A stretch of 15,400 nucleotides of DNA from an uncultured archaeon. Its GTDB lineage: Archaea; Asgardarchaeota; Lokiarchaeia; Sigyniarchaeales; SOKP01. Each line of letters opens with the position of its first letter. The first letter of the stretch is position 1. The notes beneath the pieces were generated by a model. It ran no database searches, was not told where the DNA came from, and saw only the letters and a program-made list of their open reading frames with translations. The translations under genes were made by a program, and so were the position numbers. The stretch lies in assembly GCA_964447495.1 (NCBI GenBank), contig CAYUTF010000076.1, positions 1 through 15,400 of the forward strand, read 5' to 3'. Below are positions 8,629-15,400 of the stretch, piece by piece.

Positions 8629-9981
8629 ATGGTAAAAGTAGCTTTTATGCAATGTAGCGATTGTTGGGGATGTCATCAATCCTTATTGAATGCACATTAA
8701 GGAAAACATATTTTCTTAAGCAAAAATCTAGGATTGTTGCCAGTCCTTCCAGCGCTCGATATTGTATACTGGCCAGCTGTTGTTGACTTCAAACACGATT
8801 CATTGAAAGCACGACCCGACGGTGATATTCTCGTTGGGTTTGTTGAAGGCTCGCTTCGGACTAATGAAGATGTGGAAAATGCCAAACTCATGAGAGCAAA
8901 GTGTCAGTTAATTATCTCTTTTGGGTCTTGTTCGTGTTATGGAAATGTTCACGGACTTGCTAACCAATGGGACATTCAAAAGGTAATTAATCGAAAGTTT
9001 GTAGAAGCTGAGAGTATTACTGATGCTTCACCTCATGAACCTAAAGAGCACATGCCGGGATTTAGAGGTAAAATCGTGCCTTTAGACGATGTGATAAAAA
9101 TAGATGCATATATTGCCGGATGTCCGCCTAAACCTGAAGCAATTATAAGTGCTGTGCAATTCTTACTTGGACAGAAGCCATTTCCTATGAATGACTCTTC
9201 GTTTTGTAATGATTGCGCTCTGAATAATGAAAACTGTCTATTAGAAAAAGGCAAATTATGCTTTGGTCCGATTACCAGTACGGGTTGCTCCTTAAAATGT
9301 ACCAGTAAGGGTGACCCATGTGTAGGATGTTTTGGACCCTCTAAGACGGTTTCAAACAGAGCAGGAAAATTATTAGGGATGGCAGGAAACTTAAATCAAT
9401 TGAGTACTGGTGACAAAAAGAATTTGTATGAATTCTTATCTCTATTTTTAAATGTGCCATTAATGGCTGGATTCGATCTAGCTGGTGATATCTTAAAGCA
9501 AATTAAGATTAAGGGAGAAACACGAACTGCTTTAGCGAATTTGCCTTCGGAAACTGAACAGATCGCGTCAAAAGTCATGGCATTCTTACGGGATCATAGG
9601 GATTTCACAGAAATTTCGAATGTATGCGATACCTGTCCGAGAATCATCAATTCGTCATCTACAATGACAAGAGTCAAGCGTGATTATGAGAGTCTTCCCA
9701 ATATGGATGATTGTTTAATTGAACAAGGATACATCTGCATGGGACCTGTCACAAAAGCTGGTTGTGGTGGATTATGTATGAGAGTAAACGCACCCTGCAC
9801 TGGGTGTTTTGGACAAACTGAATGGGTGGCAGACCAAGCATCTCGATTTGCTGATGTGGTTACTAAGGGATTTAATGTTGCTTTATCGAAAGAAGAATTA
9901 TTAAACCAAGTAAAAGATCACCTTGGTACCTTCCAAAAGTTTACTTTAGCATCAAATAAATCATATAAAGGAGGAGAATAG
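8629..9981 (+). CDS. mvhG: F420-non-reducing (group 3c) hydrogenase small Fe-S subunit VhuG/MvhG; two exons, 8629-8695 and 8726-9981 (440 aa if spliced)
   Basis: ATG 8629 gives MVKVAFMQCSDCWGCHQSLLNAH, which carries the proximal-cluster CxxC absent from the called ORF. An in-frame TAA follows at 8698. The same frame continues with VEGS, FGSCSCYG, GCPP and two Cys-rich Fe-S modules. Confidence 0.9.
8696..8725 (+). other. Candidate 30-nt archaeal BHB-type intron in vhuG mRNA
   Basis: Sequence ATTAAGGAAAACATATTTTCTTAAGCAAAA contains the in-frame stop and an internal hairpin. It is flanked by two 3-nt bulges around a short central helix and an exon-exon helix. Removal gives ...AAT GCA CAT CTA GGA TTG... 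(NAHLGL). Confidence 0.75.
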
Positions 9982-9986
9982 ATAAA

Positions 9987-11291
9987 ATGGTAAAAGAAAT
10001 AGAAGTTGAACCGGTCACTCGTCTTGAGGGCCACGGTGGTTTAAGAATTGTGCTAGGCGATGATGGGAAGGTTAAAGATGCGCAATTTAATATTACCTCT
10101 ACTAGATTTTTTGAAAAATTTTGTGAAGGGCGCTATTGCGAACACGTACCTCGAATCACTCCAAGAATTTGTGGTATCTGTCCGATTCCTCATCATCTCA
10201 CTCCTACGAAAGCGGTTGAGGATGCATGGGGTGTAAAGATTCCCGAGCCCGCCTATAAGCTTCGTCAACTACTACAGAACGCAAAACAATACTCATCACA
10301 CCTATTACATTTTTATGCGCTGGCCGCACCAGACTTTCTTTTGGGGCCTTTTGCGGATCCCGCATTACGAAATGTGGTGCATGTGATTAATAAGATGCCA
10401 GAAGTCGGAGCGATGGCTTTGAAAATGATGGATTTCGGTCAGAAGCTCTGCGCAGAAATTGGAGGAAAATCAGTGCATCCTATAAGTGCAATTGTAGGTG
10501 GCATGAAAAAACCCATGGATGAGGACGCCCGTGATAGATTCTTGAAACAAATTGATGAGCAGATTGAGTTTACTAAGAAAACGGTGGAAATTGGTTTAAA
10601 AGTAGTCGATGATTATTGGGATGTTATTGCAAACGTAGGGGTAGTACCCACATATTACCTTGGCATGACGAAAAACGGTGTACATGATATTTATGATGGA
10701 GATATTCGCATAGTCACGCCTGATGGTAAAAAGATTGATTATGATGTTCATAAATATCTGGATGTACTTGGTGAACACATTCCCGATCATTCATACGCCA
10801 CACACATGTATTATAAACCTGCTGGCTATCCTGAAGGTATATATCGAGCAAATTGCTTGGCAATGATTAACGCAGCCGATAAGATGGCAACACCCTTAGC
10901 GGATGGAGCGTTAAAGGCATTTCGAGAGAAAACTGGCCCGATATCGCATCACACATTCGCTTATCACTGGGCTCGAATAATTGAAACTGTAGAATCAATA
11001 GAAATGATTGCAACTCTCTTAAAGGATCCTGATATTGTCAATCCCGATTGTAAAACGTTAGATGTCGAGCCTAGAGAAGGTATGGGTGTTGGTGTTACTG
11101 AAGCTCCCCGAGGACTCTTACTCTATAACATCTGGAGTGATGCAGAGGGCATTTGTAAGAAATTAAACTTATTAGTTGCCACCAATCATAACATAGCGGG
11201 AATAGAAAAGACTCTAATGCATACAGCGAAGCAAGTTTTCGAAGACAAAGCCTTAGAGGGATTAAAATTACCAGACCCCTGGATAAAATAA
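9987..11291 (+). CDS. mvhA: F420-non-reducing hydrogenase large subunit VhuA/MvhA, lacking the C-terminal metal-binding motif
   Basis: EPVTRLEGHG, RFFEKF, L1 motif PRICGICP and EAPRG are present. It ends ...LPDPWIK with no DPCxxCxxH (L2) motif. An SD-like GGAGGAG precedes the start. Confidence 0.95.
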   Translation: MVKEIEVEPVTRLEGHGGLRIVLGDDGKVKDAQFNITSTRFFEKFCEGRYCEHVPRITPRICGICPIPHHLTPTKAVEDAWGVKIPEPAYKLRQLLQNAKQYSSHLLHFYALAAPDFLLGPFADPALRNVVHVINKMPEVGAMALKMMDFGQKLCAEIGGKSVHPISAIVGGMKKPMDEDARDRFLKQIDEQIEFTKKTVEIGLKVVDDYWDVIANVGVVPTYYLGMTKNGVHDIYDGDIRIVTPDGKKIDYDVHKYLDVLGEHIPDHSYATHMYYKPAGYPEGIYRANCLAMINAADKMATPLADGALKAFREKTGPISHHTFAYHWARIIETVESIEMIATLLKDPDIVNPDCKTLDVEPREGMGVGVTEAPRGLLLYNIWSDAEGICKKLNLLVATNHNIAGIEKTLMHTAKQVFEDKALEGLKLPDPWIK

Positions 11292-11328
11292 AATTTTTTA
11301 AAAAAATAACAAAAGCGTGACGAAAAGA

Positions 11329-11481
11329 ATGAGTGAAGACGTACCTGAAGGAGTGGTAAATCTCTTAGAAATGATAGTCCGCTGTTTTGACTGCTGACTA
11401 TCGTGTGCCGCACACATCACAGTTGTTGATGAAGAGGGCACGGAGATTTACTCTCGTAAGTTGAATGTTGGCCTTGGATGA
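11329..11481 (+). CDS. vhuU: Selenoprotein VhuU, small hydrogenase subunit supplying the L2 Ni-binding motif (50 aa, Sec at TGA 11395-11397)
   Basis: Manual translation gives MSEDVPEGVVNLLEMIVRCFDC-U-LSCAAHITVVDEEGTEIYSRKLNVGLG*. This matches the N-x-x-E-M-x-x-R-x-[YF]-D-P-[CU]-x-S-C-A-x-H large-subunit C-terminus, except Cys for Pro. The TGA falls exactly at the Ni-ligand position. Confidence 0.93.
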
Positions 11482-11517
11482 TTGTCTAATAAAAATAAGA
11501 GATTAGGCATGACTGCC
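11470..11517 (+). promoter_or_regulatory. Eukaryote-like SECIS element of vhuU
   Basis: AUGAU (11478-11482) / UGAC (11510-11513) core, 8-bp stem UGUCUAAU/AUUAGGCA, apical loop starting AAAAA (11491-11501), and a short lower GGC/GCC stem. Confidence 0.8.
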
Positions 11518-11573
11518 CTGTGTGGGTACAAGCCAATAAAATATGAAATAAATTGGAATGAAAAAACAAAAAT

Positions 11574-12086
11574 GTGAAAAAAATGTCGATAGATTTTGAA
11601 TTTAGAAAACAAGTAATGGATCATCATATCGGGTCTGATTTAATCAAATACTGTTATCAATGCAGTCGCTGTGCTGATAATTGTCCTGTAACTAAAGTTT
11701 CTGCGGATTTTTATGGAACCACTGGTTATAATCCAAGAAGTAATATATTAAACGCTTTATTGGGTTATAAGGAAGCGATTTTTAATGCAGATCCTTTAGT
11801 GATATGGGGTTGTACTGTATGTGATACATGCGATGAAGTATGTCCACAACATATTGAACTAACAGAGATTTTTACATTCCTTAAAAACGAGAGTGTTAAA
11901 AAAGGAAAGGCTCCCGAGTATTTAATCGGGCAAGCAAAAGCAATATTCGATAGTGCTAAGGCTATTCCTTCTCAACCAGCGATCGAAAGACGACGAGAAC
12001 AAATGGGACTTCCTCCTGTTATTGCTCCAAATGCAACCGAAGTCCAGACTTTAATGAAAAATATTGGATCAGATAAGTATTTATAA
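11574..12086 (+). CDS. hdrC: Heterodisulfide reductase subunit C
   Basis: Two 4Fe-4S motifs, CYQCSRCADNCP and WGCTVCDTCDEVCP, plus an RREQMGLP tail. It lies directly upstream of hdrB. The start is either GTG 11574 or ATG 11583. Confidence 0.92.
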   Translation: MKKMSIDFEFRKQVMDHHIGSDLIKYCYQCSRCADNCPVTKVSADFYGTTGYNPRSNILNALLGYKEAIFNADPLVIWGCTVCDTCDEVCPQHIELTEIFTFLKNESVKKGKAPEYLIGQAKAIFDSAKAIPSQPAIERRREQMGLPPVIAPNATEVQTLMKNIGSDKYL

Positions 12087-12104
12087 CAAAACGGGGGAAA
12101 AAGA

Positions 12105-12977
12105 ATGACAGAATATAAAATGTTTGAAGGTTGTACTATAGGGAATCGGATTCCCTTTATTGAAGCTGCGTCGAGAAAGGTTTTTGATAAAGTAGGAATA
12201 GAGACGTCACAAGCGCCATTTACATGCTGTCCTGATCCAACTGGAATGAAAAGTTTTGATAATAATGCGTGGCTGGCTATTGGGGCTTTAAATCTGTGTC
12301 TTGCTGAAAAAGAGGGAAAACCCATTATATCATTATGTAACGGATGTACCAATACCTTGCGAGGTGTACAGTATCAATTAAAGCATGATTCTTTGATGAA
12401 AGAAAAAGTCAATAAGGAGCTTGCCAAAGTTGGAAAACATTTTGAGGGATCAATAGAAGTTAGGCATTTTGTGGATGTACTACACGAAAACCTCGATAAA
12501 GTGAAAGCAGCAATTACGAAACCATTGAGTGGTCTGAAAGTGGCGGTTCATCCTGGATGCCATTATATGCGTCCAGCAGAGTGGATGGAATCGGATGATC
12601 CCCTAAGACCTGTCGTATTGAAAAAATTGGTTACTGCAAGTGGAGCGACGCTAGTTGAATATGAAGAAGAAGTTCTTTGTTGTGGCTCAGCAGTTACAAA
12701 TGCATATGAAGAACATGGATTAGCTAATCTTAAAATTAAGATGGACAGTATTAAGCGATCAGGTGCGGATGTGATTTGCGTAAATTGTCCTGCCTGCTTC
12801 CAACAGTTTGATACTAGACAACGAGATTTAAGTAAAAAGTACGAAACCGAATACGATATTCCTGTTCTTTATATTACAGAATTATATGCTTTAGCAATGG
12901 GATACAGTGCTGATGAGATAGGGCTTAAATTTCACAGAACTCGAATGAAATCCGTATTAGAAAAATTGGGTTTATAA
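12105..12977 (+). CDS. hdrB: Heterodisulfide reductase subunit B
   Basis: Two CCG domains: FEGC...TCCP...LCNGC and HPGCH...LCCGS...NCPACFQQFD, followed by IPVLYITEL. Confidence 0.95.
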   Translation: MTEYKMFEGCTIGNRIPFIEAASRKVFDKVGIETSQAPFTCCPDPTGMKSFDNNAWLAIGALNLCLAEKEGKPIISLCNGCTNTLRGVQYQLKHDSLMKEKVNKELAKVGKHFEGSIEVRHFVDVLHENLDKVKAAITKPLSGLKVAVHPGCHYMRPAEWMESDDPLRPVVLKKLVTASGATLVEYEEEVLCCGSAVTNAYEEHGLANLKIKMDSIKRSGADVICVNCPACFQQFDTRQRDLSKKYETEYDIPVLYITELYALAMGYSADEIGLKFHRTRMKSVLEKLGL

Positions 12978-12984
12978 TAGACCC

Positions 12985-13022
12985 TTTATTTATTTATTTT
13001 TTTTATTATTTTTTTTTATTTA
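12985..13022 (+). terminator. Putative archaeal oligo-T terminator of the vhu-hdr operon
   Basis: Long T-rich tract with T8 and T9 runs starting 8 nt after the hdrB stop. Confidence 0.6.
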
Positions 13023-13173
13023 ATTAAATGATTAAGTTATCCTAAGTTGGGATAATCCGAAAAAATAAAAATAAAAATAACCTCTAATTAAATTATCAAA
13101 CGTTTATCTAATATTAATCCCTTTTTTCCAATTATTTTCAATTAATAAAGCAAAAAAAGTAGGTTTAAAAATA

Positions 13174-13953
13174 ATGTCGTTTAGTTCAAAAAGAGAGCCT
13201 CCATGGTTTTTTCAATATATAGAGAGTTATTCCCATATTCTATTAGATATTAAATTTGACAAATTTGATATCACTCGAGACAAAATTGATTTTTCAATAC
13301 ACTTGGATGTTCGTGGATTCGAAGGGTTATTATTTTATATTTATAAACCGCGACCAAGTCAAATTGAGTTTGATGTCGTAAATCAAAAGGAGGTTAACGT
13401 ACATAAACTTGAAGATTTGCATGTTGATATTATGAATAAGAAATCTCCTAGACGTTCCCTTGATTTTATAATTATTCCTTTTGGATACTTTAAAGAATCG
13501 AACAAGTTTATTCCTTCGGTTTATACTGGAAGAGTGGAAAATACATACCAGATTTATACTTGGTCGCCTTCTCTGTTATTTAAAAATGTAAAATCGATTA
13601 TTAAAATTTCAAATAAATATAATGAATTAATCCCTTATGATGATGTAGAGAGATACTATTACAACTTTGACGCGTCGTTTAAAGCCAATAAAACTGAACA
13701 CTTGTTTAATTTAATAAACCTTTTAGTATCGTTTGATAATTTAGAAGGAATCGAACCGATAGTCTCTGAAATTAAAAGATTAATTTCAAAAACCAATGAA
13801 TTTCTCTTTGAATTATCTCAAAAAGAGATTCCGATCGAGATGCAAAATCTATTAAGAGAACTAGAACGATTAAAATTTAACCTAGACAATTTGAGTAAAG
13901 AAGAGATATTTAATTGGTTAGATGATCTTATCTCCTTTTATTACCATAAGTGA
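13174..13953 (+). CDS. Hypothetical protein (259 aa, soluble, helical C-terminus)
   Basis: Long ORF with ATG start in an AT-rich genome. No motif recognised. Confidence 0.75.
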   Translation: MSFSSKREPPWFFQYIESYSHILLDIKFDKFDITRDKIDFSIHLDVRGFEGLLFYIYKPRPSQIEFDVVNQKEVNVHKLEDLHVDIMNKKSPRRSLDFIIIPFGYFKESNKFIPSVYTGRVENTYQIYTWSPSLLFKNVKSIIKISNKYNELIPYDDVERYYYNFDASFKANKTEHLFNLINLLVSFDNLEGIEPIVSEIKRLISKTNEFLFELSQKEIPIEMQNLLRELERLKFNLDNLSKEEIFNWLDDLISFYYHK

Positions 13954-13983
13954 TAATAGGATCTTTTGATATGAAGAAAAAAA

Positions 13984-14553
13984 TTATTTTAATTTATTTC
14001 TAATGATACTAATCACTAAGAGTATTAGGGCTATAAAGAAGAATCCTATTCCTACAAAGAGTAATGCAAATTTAATCACAGCACTTATAGAAGCTAAGAA
14101 TGGTACAATGGAACCGAAGCTAGTTGGATTTTGAAGCATAATAAGTAAATTAATATTTTCGATAAGGTCAAAAATTCCTGCGATGAGGGGGGTCATACAC
14201 ATAAATAATCCTAGTTTCTGCAATCGTCCATTTAGAATACGAGATACGAGTAAAATACATCCAAAGATAAAAAAGCCATAACCAATTATATACAAAAAGT
14301 CCCAATATACACCTAAAGCTTGAGCTTCCATTCCTAAAGCACCCCAACTGGCGAATATGATAAATATTTTCTCAGGAGTCCATGCAAGTTCAAAATCTAA
14401 GACGTTATATGTGGAAACTAATGATGATAAGGGGGCAAATACTAATTGATTAACCAATATGAAGATTAAAAGCGCTATAATCGTGATTATTAATAGAAAA
14501 ATCGTTCGGGGAAAATGCAATAATTTTTCTAAGAACATACAAGATTTCCTCAT
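13984..14553 (-). CDS. Hypothetical membrane protein (about 4 TM segments)
   Basis: 189 aa with hydrophobic segments and polar motifs DFELAWT, WDFLYIIGY, AGIFDLIEN, KF. The start may be the later Met (MFLEK). Confidence 0.8.
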   Translation of the reverse strand: MRKSCMFLEKLLHFPRTIFLLIITIIALLIFILVNQLVFAPLSSLVSTYNVLDFELAWTPEKIFIIFASWGALGMEAQALGVYWDFLYIIGYGFFIFGCILLVSRILNGRLQKLGLFMCMTPLIAGIFDLIENINLLIMLQNPTSFGSIVPFLASISAVIKFALLFVGIGFFFIALILLVISIIRNKLK

Positions 14554-14655
14554 TTTGCAATTTATTTGTTATTAATAATAATTTTGCGATATTTATTAAA
14601 AAAATTATTTAATTTTTTCTCTATTATAATAATTAATTTTTTTTAGCAGACTAGA

Positions 14656-14665
14656 TTATAAAAAA
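14656..14665 (+). promoter_or_regulatory. Putative TATA box for hypC
   Basis: TTATAAAAAA about 27-36 nt upstream of ATG 14692. Confidence 0.35.
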
Positions 14666-14691
14666 TAGTTTCTAAAACATTTTATAATATT

Positions 14692-14940
14692 ATGTGTCTT
14701 GCAATTCCTGGAAAAATAATAGAGATAAATGAAGATAGTACAACTGCTTTAGTTGATTTTGATGGTTTGCAGCAAAATGTGATTATTGCATTATTATTAA
14801 ACCCAACAGTGGGAAATTATGTCATAGTCCATGCAGGATATGCTATTGAACAGATGAATGAAACAGAAGCATTAGAAGCCATTGAGCAATGGAAAGAGAT
14901 CGCGCAAGATCAAGACCTTAACCTATCAGATATGCTTTAA
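14692..14940 (+). CDS. hypC: Hydrogenase maturation chaperone HypC
   Basis: N-terminal MCLAIPGKI and VGNYVIVHAGYAI; 82 aa. Confidence 0.98.
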   Translation: MCLAIPGKIIEINEDSTTALVDFDGLQQNVIIALLLNPTVGNYVIVHAGYAIEQMNETEALEAIEQWKEIAQDQDLNLSDML

Positions 14941-14965
14941 TTAAAAACAAATATGGTATTGATTA

Positions 14966-15151
14966 TTATTTCTTCTTTTTCTCTAAGGAAGTTAACACTA
15001 AATATTTTGCATTAAAGAAAATAGTTAAACCTAAGAAAAATAATATTACAAAATTCAAAAGTATGTGAGTATTTCCAAGAATGTTAAATAATATCGCAAT
15101 TACTAAGCAAAACATTCCTGCAGCCAATAAATTTTCTCTTCTCTTAACCAT
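14966..15151 (-). CDS. Small hypothetical membrane protein (2 TM)
   Basis: 61 aa with two hydrophobic helices and basic ends. A strong SD-like GGGGGTGA lies just upstream of the ATG. Confidence 0.7.
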   Translation of the reverse strand: MVKRRENLLAAGMFCLVIAILFNILGNTHILLNFVILFFLGLTIFFNAKYLVLTSLEKKKK

Positions 15152-15400
15152 ATTCTCACCCCCTCTTTATACCAATTTTAATTACTTTTTTAATTTTGAT
15201 TCCCTCAATTACTAGATATAAAATGTAGGTATTTAGGGAAAGTCTATATAGACTATATAGATAAATGCAATCTTATATAGAAATGGTTTAGCTTTCTTCT
15301 ATTTTAGTTATAAGTCAAAAAGCTCTAGTTTTAATTGTTTTAATTTAGAAAAAAGTAGTTTTAAAGATTTTACTGCCTCTGATTCAGGGTCAAAATCAAA

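Noticed and set aside
8698-8700. Reading the vhuG internal stop as selenocysteine or pyrrolysine
   Set aside because: The codon is TAA, not TGA or TAG, and it is not at a Cys-ligand position.
8695-8709. Ribosomal bypass from CAT 8695 to CAT 8707 over the stop
   Set aside because: Formally possible (matched codons, stop, hairpin), but it would leave extra residues (IFLSKN) and does not explain the two-bulge geometry or the exon-exon helix. Splicing fits better.
8734-9981. ORF-track start of the small subunit at TTG 8734
   Set aside because: It omits the N-terminal CxxC proximal-cluster ligands encoded from ATG 8629.
944-12352. Short antisense ORFs in the track (e.g. 944-1150, 1514-1750, 2725-2943, 2968-3333, 4881-5090, 5660-6028, 6309-6524, 6921-7109, 7932-8129, 8145-8327, 8697-8891, 9033-9254, 9396-9578, 10053-10268, 10596-10790, 11186-11413, 11972-12352)
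   Set aside because: All are shadows on the opposite strand of well-supported genes and have no recognisable motifs.
1-15400. tRNA, rRNA, CRISPR array or transposase
   Set aside because: No cloverleaf, rRNA-like segment, regularly spaced repeats or transposase-like ORF was seen by eye.

Overview
AT-rich archaeal window. The gene content and a eukaryote-type SECIS point to an Asgard (Lokiarchaeia-like) genome, which is an inference. From left to right it holds two convergent purF-family genes (the complete one lacks the catalytic N-terminal Cys), an ArsB/NhaD/SLC13-type permease, and hypE-hypD-hypF on the minus strand. A divergent operon follows: group 3c [NiFeSe] hydrogenase/heterodisulfide reductase genes vhuG(mvhG)-vhuA(mvhA)-vhuU-hdrC-hdrB. 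The window ends with two hypothetical genes, hypC and a small membrane ORF. The ORF track misses three things. (1) The true 5' end of vhuG (ATG 8629) is interrupted by a 30-nt, stop-containing insert that folds into an archaeal bulge-helix-bulge (BHB) splice motif; precise excision of 8696-8725 restores the frame, making it a candidate mRNA intron in a hydrogenase gene. (2) A 50-aa selenoprotein VhuU (UGA at 11395) has a eukaryote-like SECIS overlapping its stop codon. (3) A CxxCxxCxxxCP ferredoxin motif lies in frame directly behind the hypF stop codon. VhuG also has a tandem duplication of its 8-Cys Fe-S module.
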